From: Cyclobacteriaceae bacterium
GTDB taxonomy: Bacteria; Bacteroidota; Bacteroidia; Cytophagales; Cyclobacteriaceae
Reading direction: 5' to 3'
Assembly (NCBI GenBank): GCA_965284605.1
Contig: OZ260101.1
Location: 2,654,513 to 2,718,512, forward strand
Length of the DNA stretch: 64,000 bases
Position 1 is the first letter of the stretch, and every line of letters starts with the position of its first letter. The notes under the pieces are model-generated. The model did not search any database. It saw nothing but the letters and a program-made list of their open reading frames with translations, and was not told where the DNA came from. Position numbers and translations under genes: made by a program. Shown here in pieces: positions 45,397 through 53,997 of this stretch.

Positions 45397-46698
45397 TTAC
45401 CCTCCGAAGTCGTCAAACGCGACATTCTCATCGGGAACTCCCCAATCTTCGCACATCTTAATTACTGCCGCATTCATCATTGGAGGGCCACAGAAGTAGA
45501 ATTCGATTTCTTCTGGAGCATCGTGCTTGCTTAAGTAATGATCAATTACGGCTTGGTGTACAAAACCTACGAAACCATCGCCTTCGTCTTCCATTGCTTT
45601 CTTCTCTACCCAATTGTCTTCTGGCACAGGTTCAGAAAGCACAAGATGAAATTTGAAGTTTGGAAACTCTCTCTCGATTTGCCTGAAATCTTCTAAGTAG
45701 AAGAGCTCTCTTTTAGATCGTCCACCATACCAGTAAGAAACTTTTCTTCCCGTTTTCAGGGTATGGAAAAGGTGGAATAAATGAGATCTCATTGGTGCCA
45801 TTCCAGCACCACCACCGATGTAAAGCATTTCTTCCTCAGTCGGCTTGATGAAGAATTCACCGTAAGGTCCTGAGATAGTTACTTTATCACCTGGTTTTCT
45901 AGTAAAGACATAAGAAGAACAAATGCCAGGATTTACAGCCATCCATTTGTTATTCGCTCTATCCCAAGGTGGCGTTGCAATACGAATATTTAGCATCACA
46001 ATGTTACCTTCTGCTGGGTGGTTAGCCATTGAGTAAGCACGGAAGATTTCTTCCTTGTTTACCATTTGAAGATCCCAAAGACTGAATTTGTCCCAATCTT
46101 CTTTGAATTTGTCTGGGCCAGCAGGATCATCAGGGTGTGGCTCAATGTTCATGTCTTTGAAGTCACAAACTACTGGAGGAACATCCACTTGAATGTATCC
46201 ACCTGCTTCAAAATCCAAAGTTTCACCTTCAGGAAGCTTCACCACAAATTCTTTAATAAAAGATGCCACATTGTAGTTCGAAACTACTTCACATTCCCAC
46301 TTTTTAATACCGAAGATTTCTTCGGGAATGTGGATACGCATGTCATTCTTTACTTTTACTTGGCAAGTAAGGCGAACACCTTCTTTTTGCTCTGCACGGC
46401 TCAAGTGACCCACTTCAGTAGGAAGTACGTCTCCTCCACCTTCGTTGATCGTACACTTACACATGGCACAAGTTCCGCCACCACCACAAGCGGATGGTAA
46501 GAATATTTTCTTTCCAGAAAGTGTATTGAGCAAGGTAGAACCTGCCGCGGCCACGATCGGATTTTCTTCATCTCCGTTGACGATGATTTTCACATCTCCG
46601 GACTGAACTAATTTTGACTGAGCGTAAAGCAAGATCAACACTAGTAACAGGATGACTGCGGAGAACGCAACGATTGACGTAATTATGATTGACGACAT
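45397..46698 (-). CDS. nqrF: Na+-translocating NADH:quinone reductase subunit F
   Basis: The product has an N-terminal TM helix, a 2Fe-2S motif [13 protein letters not shown], and FAD/NADH-binding modules (RAYSMANHP...[12 protein letters not shown]). Confidence 0.92.
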   Translation of the reverse strand: MSSIIITSIVAFSAVILLLVLILLYAQSKLVQSGDVKIIVNGDEENPIVAAAGSTLLNTLSGKKIFLPSACGGGGTCAMCKCTINEGGGDVLPTEVGHLSRAEQKEGVRLTCQVKVKNDMRIHIPEEIFGIKKWECEVVSNYNVASFIKEFVVKLPEGETLDFEAGGYIQVDVPPVVCDFKDMNIEPHPDDPAGPDKFKEDWDKFSLWDLQMVNKEEIFRAYSMANHPAEGNIVMLNIRIATPPWDRANNKWMAVNPGICSSYVFTRKPGDKVTISGPYGEFFIKPTEEEMLYIGGGAGMAPMRSHLFHLFHTLKTGRKVSYWYGGRSKRELFYLEDFRQIEREFPNFKFHLVLSEPVPEDNWVEKKAMEDEGDGFVGFVHQAVIDHYLSKHDAPEEIEFYFCGPPMMNAAVIKMCEDWGVPDENVAFDDFGG

Positions 46699-46737
46699 CT
46701 ATTAATCGATTTTAAATCAACAATTTGAATCTAAAGA

Positions 46738-46753
46738 CCCTGACTTATCAGGG
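46738..46753 (-). terminator. Short hairpin between hom and nqrF (weak terminator candidate)
   Basis: ccctga-ctta-tcaggg is followed on the minus strand by tctttag. The T-tract is poor. Confidence 0.3.
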
Positions 46754-46824
46754 CTACAAATATATTGACTAAAAGCTTAAATCTGTAAGTGAAATCGAAA
46801 AAAGATGTACAATCAAAAACCACA

Positions 46825-48102
46825 TTAAACAGTGATTTTTTCTAGTAATTGCTGACCTTTTTTCAACTCCTCAATTTCGGCATTTAGTCTTTTGACACAT
46901 AGATTTCCTAAAACGTTTTCTATGCCAGTTGAGCAAAGAACAATATTGTTTTTAGGATTGTTTAACCAATCTTTATCTAACAGGTCGTTGATACATATTT
47001 TTCCGACAACATAGCTATGGTCAAAACTAAAGTACTTGTGCTGAATGCTTTCGAAGCGGTCTAAGTTTATCTCATGTGGTTTTTCAAAACTAACATAAAC
47101 CTTTAATAGAGAGTCGTTACAGAAAGGTAGTTTACCTAGGTTGTAATGCTTCTTATACTCGTATCGGTAATTATAACTTATTGCTGAGATATCTGATAAT
47201 ACAGCAGCCCCAGTAGGTAAACTGCCGGCTCCTTTTCCAATAAATAGCTGATCGTCACAAAATTCTCCATTCAGTGTAACAGCATTAAATTCATTTTTAA
47301 TAGCAGCTAAGTCGTTGTCTGGCTTTATGAATTGAGGGGTCACAAATCCATAAACCTTATCGTTAATTCGTGTGGCTTGCGCAATTAACTTAATCGTGAA
47401 TCCATTCTTTTTTGCATATTCTAAATCAGCAGCTTTTAAATGGTCGATTCCCAAATTGACAATTTCACTAGGCGATACGTGTATACCGAAGGCATGTGTT
47501 AAAAGTATGCTCAGCTTATATTTTGCATCAAAGCCCTTAACATCTAAGGTTGGGTCAGATTCAGCAAATCCCAGCGATTGCGCTTGTCGAAGGGCTGTAT
47601 CATAGTCGAGGTTTTCTTCAAATATTTTGGTTAGGATGTAGTTGGTAGAACCATTGAAGATTCCCTTAATTTCATTGATAGGCTCATGCCCAAAGTATTC
47701 TTCTAAAGTTCTAATGATTGGGATACTACCACAAACAGCACCTTCATAGAGTAAAGCCTGACCTGTTTCTGCTTGTAATTCAACTAAGTCTGCAAGGTTT
47801 TCAGCAACCATTTTTTTATTAGCTGTTACAACAGACTTACCACTCTTTAAGGCAGAAGTAACTATTTGAAGGGCAGCTTCGGCATCGTCAATCAGCTCGA
47901 CTACTACGTCAATATCAGGATCGTTGAGTATCTCTTCAGCATGGATCGTGAATAGTTTAGGGTTGAGACTTCGTGGCTTGCTTGGGTTTTTGATACAAAT
48001 TCTTTTGATCTCCCCAGAGAAGTTCTTGGCGTTATTTAATGTTTCATAAAGCCCTTGACCAACGCAACCAAAACCAAAGAGTCCTATTTTAATATTTTTC
48101 AT
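46825..48102 (-). CDS. hom: Homoserine dehydrogenase
   Basis: The product carries IKIGLFGFGCVGQGL..., ...GSTNYILT... and ...GFAESDPTLDVKGFDAKYKL.... Its start overlaps the metX stop. Confidence 0.88.
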   Translation of the reverse strand: MKNIKIGLFGFGCVGQGLYETLNNAKNFSGEIKRICIKNPSKPRSLNPKLFTIHAEEILNDPDIDVVVELIDDAEAALQIVTSALKSGKSVVTANKKMVAENLADLVELQAETGQALLYEGAVCGSIPIIRTLEEYFGHEPINEIKGIFNGSTNYILTKIFEENLDYDTALRQAQSLGFAESDPTLDVKGFDAKYKLSILLTHAFGIHVSPSEIVNLGIDHLKAADLEYAKKNGFTIKLIAQATRINDKVYGFVTPQFIKPDNDLAAIKNEFNAVTLNGEFCDDQLFIGKGAGSLPTGAAVLSDISAISYNYRYEYKKHYNLGKLPFCNDSLLKVYVSFEKPHEINLDRFESIQHKYFSFDHSYVVGKICINDLLDKDWLNNPKNNIVLCSTGIENVLGNLCVKRLNAEIEELKKGQQLLEKITV

Positions 48103-49169
48103 AAAGACATATTTAAAAAGTGTTTGAGGGTATTACTGATGGCAGGTGCTTCAACCAAGAAGCCATCATGTCCATAATGCGAAGGGATGATATCTAGTCG
48201 TGCATTTGGAATATGTTCCGTTAGCAAACGATGGTCTTTTTCAGAGAAAAGCAAGTCACCCTCGATACCAATTACTTGAACTCTAGCTTCAATGGTACTT
48301 AGAGCGTTCTCAACCCCATTTCGACCTCTGCCTACATCATGCGTGTCCATGGCTTTATTTAAGGTATAGTAGGTTCTAGCATCGAATCGTTTGCTCAGCT
48401 TTTCTCCTTGATAGCGTTGATAACTCTCGGCTCGAAGATCATCTAGTTTGTCTTCTGGGTCTTTTTGGTTTTGATTAAAGGTTCTATGGTTTCGGTAGGA
48501 TATCATGGCCATGGCTCGCGCAGCCTCTAACCCCTTCCAACCTCCTTTTGGAGAGGATGAATAGAAAGAAGGATCAGCCTCTATCGCCATGCGCTGGGCA
48601 GTTCTAATCGCTATGCCCCAAGGCGAGCTCTTGGCAGAGGTGGCAACCACTGCCAGGTTTTGGAATAATTGAGGGTCTTGAACCGCCCACTCTAAGGCTT
48701 GTTGTCCCCCTGTGGAGCCACCGATGCCTAGATAGATGGACGTAATACCAAGGTGTTTTTGCAAGAGGCGGTGCGCCTTGACCATATCACGAATGGTAAG
48801 GTTAGGGAAATCTCTCAAATAGCGTTCGCCATTGCGAATGTCAAAATCTTTTGGTCCAGTACTTCCATAACAAGACCCTAAGATGTTTGCACAAATAATA
48901 AAGTGATCTTGTGGATTGATTAGGTCGTTTTCACCTATGAGGCCGGGCCACCATTCTAAAGGATTGGCATTGGCCGTAAGGGCATGAAATACCCAAACGA
49001 TATTACTTTTGTCCTCATTGACTTGCCCGAAAGTGTGATAGGCGATCCTAATTTCAGGCAGATGTGCTCCGCTCTCTAGTGCGAATGATTCCTCATAAAA
49101 GAAATATTTTGGCTCCGAAAATCCTGTGTTGTCAGACTCAATATGAGTTATGTAGCTGTCTTTGAACAT
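48099..49169 (-). CDS. metX: Homoserine O-acetyltransferase
   Basis: 356-aa alpha/beta hydrolase with ...FHALTANA... and ...GIGGSTGGQQALEWA.... Confidence 0.88.
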   Translation of the reverse strand: MFKDSYITHIESDNTGFSEPKYFFYEESFALESGAHLPEIRIAYHTFGQVNEDKSNIVWVFHALTANANPLEWWPGLIGENDLINPQDHFIICANILGSCYGSTGPKDFDIRNGERYLRDFPNLTIRDMVKAHRLLQKHLGITSIYLGIGGSTGGQQALEWAVQDPQLFQNLAVVATSAKSSPWGIAIRTAQRMAIEADPSFYSSSPKGGWKGLEAARAMAMISYRNHRTFNQNQKDPEDKLDDLRAESYQRYQGEKLSKRFDARTYYTLNKAMDTHDVGRGRNGVENALSTIEARVQVIGIEGDLLFSEKDHRLLTEHIPNARLDIIPSHYGHDGFLVEAPAISNTLKHFLNMSL

Positions 49170-49313
49170 ACTTTTAAATAAAATTGAAAAATGGGAATTG
49201 GTAATTAGGATCGAGTTCGCCTAATACAGCACATAAGGGGGTGCTTTGTCAAGTTGTTGTAACGAGACAATTGTAGATACTCAAGAATAGATGGAATGCG
49301 CATACTTACCAAT

Positions 49314-49433
49314 TTATATTCTCCCGAATGTCACTCGACACCCTTTGGGATCTGGATTTAGCACCTTTTCCAAGTGTGTTAGGAATGGTTGCTAGCGCTT
49401 CAAAGAGCCAGTCTCTCCACGCTTCTTTATAAA
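49314..49433 (-). promoter_or_regulatory. SAM-I (S-box) riboswitch aptamer in the metX-hom leader
   Basis: The minus strand reads UUAUAAAGAAGCGUGGAGAGACUGGCUCUUUGAAGCGCUAGCAACCAUUCC...GGAAAAGGUGCUAAAUCCAGAUCCC...GGGAGAAUAUAA. This contains the conserved GAGGGA-CUGG-CCC..UGA, GCAACC and AAGGUGCUAAAUCC blocks. P1 pairs UUAUA with UAUAA. Confidence 0.8.
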
Positions 49434-49531
49434 TCGATTCAATCCGGTTACGGAAATGAATGACTTGATGCTGCAAACGTAGCAGCATGAAATGATGTTT
49501 CAAAAAAGAATTTGAAAAATTTGATAGCTTC

Positions 49532-50371
49532 CTACTGAAGCATCCTCAATACAGTTGTCAATTGCTTCTTAAGGTCGCGTCTATCGACAATGAAATCAAG
49601 AAAACCGTGGTCCAGAACAAACTCAGAACTCTGGAAACCTTTTGGAAGGTCTTTCCCTACCGTATCACGGATTACTCTTGGGCCTGCAAAACCGATCAAA
49701 GCACCAGGTTCGGCAATATTGAAGTCTCCTAACATTGCATAAGAGGCTGTTACACCACCTGTTGTTGGATCTGTCAATAACGAAACATAGGGTATTTTTG
49801 CTTCTGCAAGAAGTGCCAACTTAGCCGAAGTCTTGGCCATTTGCATGAGTGAATAGCCTGCTTCCATCATACGTGCCCCACCTGATTTTGAGATCATGAG
49901 AAAAGGAATTTTATGCTTCAAAGAATAATCAATTCCCCGAGCTATTTTCTCACCAACTACCGAACCCATTGACCCTCCGATAAAGGCAAAGTCCATACAG
50001 CAAACAACTAGGTCTATCCCATTCATTTTGCCGTGTGCAGTTCGCGCAGCGTCTTTCAGGTTAGTTTTTTCTTGGGTAGCAACGATTCGCTTAGGATATG
50101 GCTTGCTATCAACAAATTTCAGCGGATCGCCAGAGCTCATGTTAGCATCTAGTTCCGTGAATTTATTGTCATCAAAGAGTATTTCGAAATACTCTTTTGA
50201 TCCAATACGTACATGAAATCCATCTTCTGGACTCACATAAGCATTGTTTTTTAACTCACGTGTGTGGACGATTGTGCCGCCCGGGGTCTTAAACCATAAA
50301 CCATCAGGAGCATCTTTCTTCTGATCGGTTGGAGTGGTAATACCCTTAATTTTTCGCTGAAACCAAGACAT
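49532..50371 (-). CDS. accD: Acetyl-CoA carboxylase carboxyltransferase beta subunit
   Basis: The product carries ...[16 protein letters not shown]...[18 protein letters not shown]...[13 protein letters not shown].... Confidence 0.9.
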   Translation of the reverse strand: MSWFQRKIKGITTPTDQKKDAPDGLWFKTPGGTIVHTRELKNNAYVSPEDGFHVRIGSKEYFEILFDDNKFTELDANMSSGDPLKFVDSKPYPKRIVATQEKTNLKDAARTAHGKMNGIDLVVCCMDFAFIGGSMGSVVGEKIARGIDYSLKHKIPFLMISKSGGARMMEAGYSLMQMAKTSAKLALLAEAKIPYVSLLTDPTTGGVTASYAMLGDFNIAEPGALIGFAGPRVIRDTVGKDLPKGFQSSEFVLDHGFLDFIVDRRDLKKQLTTVLRMLQ

Positions 50372-50517
50372 ATAGTAGCGTTATCGTCTAATTTTTTTCA
50401 AAGAGTAGGCAAAAATAGACTAAAAGTATTCACCTGCCAAAAGATAAGGCAAGAGTCGTACGGTTTAAAAACTATTGAAAACACTTGGGAGACAATGATA
50501 TTGTCTTTTCCTTTGTA

Positions 50518-50539
50518 GCGGAATGAACGTTCATTCCGC
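50518..50539. promoter_or_regulatory. Perfect 22-bp palindrome GCGGAATGAACGTTCATTCCGC, candidate TetR operator
   Basis: The palindrome ends 8 bp upstream of the ATG at 50547. The two halves are exact reverse complements. Confidence 0.55.
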
Positions 50540-50546
50540 ACCGAAT

Positions 50547-51125
50547 ATGATCGATAACAAGACTATTGATAAGAAATCTGCCATTCTTGAGGCCACGTTG
50601 GACGCGCTTTGTGAGCATGGATTTCATGGCACACCCATCTCTATGATTGCCCAGCGGGCAGGTGTTGGGGCAGGCACGATTTACCGCTACTTTGAAAATA
50701 AGGAGCAATTGATCAACGAACTTTTTACTTCGATCAAAAAACGAGTGATAAAGGCCATGCTCAATGGATACCGAGAGGAAGGAACACATAAAGAGCGCTT
50801 TAAGCATTTATGGATGAATTTGATCAATTATTGTATCGCTCATCCGAAGGAATTTCAATTTGTAGAACAGTATCGTTACGCACCGTTTATGAGCAATGTA
50901 ACGCGTGAGGAAAGCTTTATAATTCTGGCGCCTATTATGTCTTTTTTCATCGAAGCAAAAAGAGCTGGAGAGATGAAGGATTTGCCGCTCTATACAATAG
51001 TTTCTTTGCTCTACGGGCCAATCGTATCGCTGTCTAAACTACACATAGATCATAATCAATCTTTAACAAAAGAACGCATTGAACAAGCTGCCGAGGCTTG
51101 TTGGGATGCTGTGAGAAATCATTAG
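50547..51125 (+). CDS. TetR-family transcriptional regulator
   Basis: ILEATLDALCEHGFHGTPISMIAQRAGVGAGTIYRYFENKEQL is a TetR HTH. I chose the start at 50547 because the track ATG at 50523 lies inside the palindrome. Confidence 0.85.
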   Translation: MIDNKTIDKKSAILEATLDALCEHGFHGTPISMIAQRAGVGAGTIYRYFENKEQLINELFTSIKKRVIKAMLNGYREEGTHKERFKHLWMNLINYCIAHPKEFQFVEQYRYAPFMSNVTREESFIILAPIMSFFIEAKRAGEMKDLPLYTIVSLLYGPIVSLSKLHIDHNQSLTKERIEQAAEACWDAVRNH

Positions 51126-51127
51126 TA

Positions 51128-52207
51128 ATGAGTATACCAAATGTAATAATTAGTGGGGTTGGAAGTTGCATTCCAACAAGGGTAGTAAAGAATGAGGACT
51201 TCCTAGAAGCCGAATTCTTTCAAGAAAATGGAGAACGATTTGCCGACCCTAATGATGTAATCATTAGAAAGTTTGAAAAGATTACCGGCATTAGAGAAAG
51301 ACGCTATGCTGAGCCCGGTCAAAAGGCTTCCGATCTGGGGGCAATCGCTGCTAAGAATGCACTGGAAGATGGTAGTATAGAGGCCAATGATCTAGACTAC
51401 ATCATTTTTGCACACAATTTCGGTGACATGCAAAGGGAGAATAACCGCATCGATATGATGCCCAGTCTAGCTGCTCGAGTCAAAGGACATTTAGGTATTA
51501 CCAACGCTTCTACCACATGTTATGACATCATTTTTGGCTGCCCAGGATGGGTTCAAGGTGCTATTCAAGCAACGCAGATGATTAGGTGCGGTGATGCGAA
51601 GCATGTGATGGTGATTGGTGGGGAAACCTTGAGCCAGACTGTCGATCCGCATGATCGTGATTCAATGATTTTTGCCGATGGGGCAGGAGCAACGATTTTC
51701 TCAGCGTCTGATAATAGCAAAGGGGGATATATAGCCCAATGTTCACGCACCGATGCTAATGAGGAGCTTTGCTATTTAGCGATGGGGCCTTCTTACAATG
51801 AGTCATTTAATGATAACGGAGGTAGCTATATAAAAATGAAGGGTCGAAAGATTTATGAGTACGCCTTAACTAATGTGGCAGATGCCATGAAGTGTGCAAT
51901 TGAAAAGGCTGGTCTTGGATTGGGAGACATTAGTAAAATTTTGATTCATCAAGCAAATGAAAAAATGGACGAAGCCATCCTGCACAAGCTATTCAAATTA
52001 TATGATACCACTGGAGACTCTCATAAGCTGATGCCGATGACTATTCAAACCTTAGGTAACAGTTCCGTGGCGACCATACCCACTATGTTGGATATGATCT
52101 TAAAAGGGAAGCTTGAGGGACATACATTGAGCTCTGGCGATAATGTCATATTTGCTTCTGTGGGAGCAGGCATGCATATTAATGCCATGGTGTATCAAAT
52201 GCCATGA
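51128..52207 (+). CDS. 3-oxoacyl-ACP synthase III (FabH-like KAS III)
   Basis: The start at 51128 (MSIPNVIISGVGSCIP) lies 2 nt after the TetR stop. The product carries ...FGCPGW...IHQANEKM...GNSSVATIP.... Confidence 0.85.
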   Translation: MSIPNVIISGVGSCIPTRVVKNEDFLEAEFFQENGERFADPNDVIIRKFEKITGIRERRYAEPGQKASDLGAIAAKNALEDGSIEANDLDYIIFAHNFGDMQRENNRIDMMPSLAARVKGHLGITNASTTCYDIIFGCPGWVQGAIQATQMIRCGDAKHVMVIGGETLSQTVDPHDRDSMIFADGAGATIFSASDNSKGGYIAQCSRTDANEELCYLAMGPSYNESFNDNGGSYIKMKGRKIYEYALTNVADAMKCAIEKAGLGLGDISKILIHQANEKMDEAILHKLFKLYDTTGDSHKLMPMTIQTLGNSSVATIPTMLDMILKGKLEGHTLSSGDNVIFASVGAGMHINAMVYQMP

Positions 52208-52208
52208 T

Positions 52209-53339
52209 TTAGTTTTTACTTACTTCGTAAGTAATGAATTCAAAATGATCTTCCAGTTCTCTATCGAGTGTAACAAAGAATACTTTGTTACCCATTACGA
52301 AAGGATGGTCCCATACGCGCTCATTGATTTCGACTTCTTTCATTACTTGAAAGTTAGAATCCAATATTGTAAGGTAGCGAAGTCTCACATTATTGCCTTC
52401 AGTAGTCTTAAGCCAGTCGCCATGAGCTCTAGCAAAAAGCCCTGTATCACCTAACGGTAGAATACTAAAGTATTTTGGCCCTGAATAAATGTATTGAGCT
52501 CTACTATTTCTATAAATATCAGGGTTCTCTGGTTCTCTAAAAGGACTAGAATACTTTGAAGGTGCTGCTATGGATTGCACACTATTTTCTAAATTATTGT
52601 ACTCATAAATATTTGAACCAAATTCGAAGGAGAAAACTAGGTTATCACCAATAGGTTGTAAATATGGTTTTGAGTAGTTCGTATAATAACCTTGTAATGG
52701 ATCATATGCTAGTGTCTCAGGTGGATTGTTAATATTAAGTGAATCGAGCCTATTCGTTTTCAAGGAATATTTGTAAACAATGGAATATGTTGGGTCATCT
52801 ATTCCTGCATTGGGTGTACGCAAAGCCCTGTTATGCTTGGCAAATAAAATACTTTCGTCAGATTGATATACAAATGAAGTGAGAAGATAGTGATCATTCC
52901 AACCTTTGATTTCTTCAGCACTAAGTCTGGTAATGATATTTCCATTGTTGGCATCATAAACAGAAAAGAACAATCTCGATAGCACATACAATCTTTCTTC
53001 CTCGAACCAAGTGTCCAGAACAGGTAGTTCTAAAAAGTTGGGGCCATCTTTGGACAGTGTAAGAGACCAAACTGGACGTTTCTTTTGAAGATCAAATATT
53101 ACAAATTGTGAGCTTTGCTGATCAAATATCAAGAGACTATCTTGAGCTATGACTTTCTTAGGGCTCATTCTGGCCAAGATTAAATCGCCATGTGATATTT
53201 TTAGATTGTTTTCAAGTATTTGTATCTCATTACCTGATGAATGTCTATTATCAGTTGTGCAAGAAAGAAAAAATGAAATGAGTAAGATCATTCCAAATAG
53301 TTTGGTAAATGCCATTATAGTAAATAGATAAAGCCTCAT
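52209..53339 (-). CDS. Lipoprotein, possibly 6-bladed beta-propeller type (family call tentative)
   Basis: 376-aa ORF with the lipobox ISFFLSC and repetitive beta-strand-like segments. The stop is 1 nt from the convergent KAS III stop. Confidence 0.65.
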   Translation of the reverse strand: MRLYLFTIMAFTKLFGMILLISFFLSCTTDNRHSSGNEIQILENNLKISHGDLILARMSPKKVIAQDSLLIFDQQSSQFVIFDLQKKRPVWSLTLSKDGPNFLELPVLDTWFEEERLYVLSRLFFSVYDANNGNIITRLSAEEIKGWNDHYLLTSFVYQSDESILFAKHNRALRTPNAGIDDPTYSIVYKYSLKTNRLDSLNINNPPETLAYDPLQGYYTNYSKPYLQPIGDNLVFSFEFGSNIYEYNNLENSVQSIAAPSKYSSPFREPENPDIYRNSRAQYIYSGPKYFSILPLGDTGLFARAHGDWLKTTEGNNVRLRYLTILDSNFQVMKEVEINERVWDHPFVMGNKVFFVTLDRELEDHFEFITYEVSKN

Positions 53340-53444
53340 TGAATTTTTTTTCCAATGAGGCTAGTAGAAGAAATTATAATTTACAGTTGAGCACAAGAGG
53401 AGTTTGGACCATCTATTTGAACGTCAACAGTTCCACTAGTTCCA

Positions 53445-53582
53445 TCAAATACATTTTCCCATTCTACACTTGAGCCTGCGCAGCATTTGATCATAATCAT
53501 CCTCAATATTGCCGTCAACCCACCATGGGTTTTCAAATCTGATACGGTCTAGCACTTGTTCTTTAGAAATCTGCTTGATCAT
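53445..53582 (-). pseudogene. 45-codon ORF resembling the N-terminus of an AAA_14/DUF4143-type ATPase (possible gene remnant)
   Basis: It translates to MIKQISKEQVLDRIRFENPWWVDGNIEDDYDQMLRRLKCRMGKCI*. An NPWW motif near the N-terminus is what I remember for COG1373-type ATPases, but no P-loop region follows. Confidence 0.3.
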
Positions 53583-53600
53583 TCATAAAATATACGAAAT

Positions 53601-53620
53601 AAGATCAATATATTGATCTT
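53601..53620. promoter_or_regulatory. Perfect 20-bp AT-rich palindrome AAGATCAATATATTGATCTT
   Basis: The two halves are exact reverse complements. It lies between the carB-operon terminator and the short ORFs upstream of the lipoprotein gene. Confidence 0.3.
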
Positions 53621-53685
53621 ATAATTAAGTAAAGTCCTTTTTAAGAATTTCTGAGACTTTTTTATTTTTTAAATGATGTTTTTCA

Positions 53686-53728
53686 AGCAAAAGAAAGCCG
53701 AAACCCTTCTCAGGGCTTCGGCTTTTTG
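53686..53728 (-). terminator. Intrinsic (bidirectional-looking) terminator after the carB-DUF4834 operon
   Basis: agccgaaaccct-tctc-agggcttcggct forms a 12-bp stem with one mismatch. T-rich runs flank it on both strands. Confidence 0.7.
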
Positions 53729-53748
53729 ATTTATGTTTTTTAGAGTGG

Positions 53749-53997
53749 TTAATCTACCTCTTCATAGTCTACATAATCTCCGCCTTTAAAGTTGTCGGCT
53801 GACTTCTCGTTTTTATTCTTGGGGGCGTATTCAACCCGTACGTTGCCATCAGCAGGTCTTGTGCTCTTTTGCTGTTGATGCGTATTGCGTTGCTGCGGAT
53901 TACCGCCACCCATCATGCGCGTCATAAAACGACCGATGCTTCTGAATATCCAGTAGATGACTAATATTGGTAGTACGTATTTGAATATATAACCCAT
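53749..53997 (-). CDS. DUF4834-family small membrane protein
   Basis: The 82-aa product has the helix YVLPILVIYWIFRSIGRF, a Gln/Gly-rich middle and a C-terminal GGDYVDYEEVD. It directly abuts the carB stop. Confidence 0.7.
   Translation of the reverse strand: MGYIFKYVLPILVIYWIFRSIGRFMTRMMGGGNPQQRNTHQQQKSTRPADGNVRVEYAPKNKNEKSADNFKGGDYVDYEEVD

Noticed and set aside
46066-46500. 144-aa plus-strand ORF
   Set aside because: It is antisense to nqrF, whose cofactor motifs are intact, so it is spurious.
49170-49313. Searched the metX leader downstream of the aptamer for a terminator or a second riboswitch (SAM-II type)
   Set aside because: I found only weak hairpins (agcac-ccccttat-gtgct and attagg-N11-cctaat) without convincing U-tracts or SAM-II signature blocks, so I am not calling anything.
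49306-49503. 65-aa ORF between metX and accD
   Set aside because: It is explained by the SAM-I riboswitch, which sits on the same strand as the ORF and occupies most of it (49314-49433). The translation has no recognisable features.
49532-50371. AccD lacks the four Cys of the N-terminal zinc ribbon ([32 protein letters not shown] where CxxC...CxxC is expected)
   Set aside because: I recall similar Cys-less N-termini in other Bacteroidota AccD proteins, so this is probably a lineage trait rather than a novelty. It would need an alignment to confirm.
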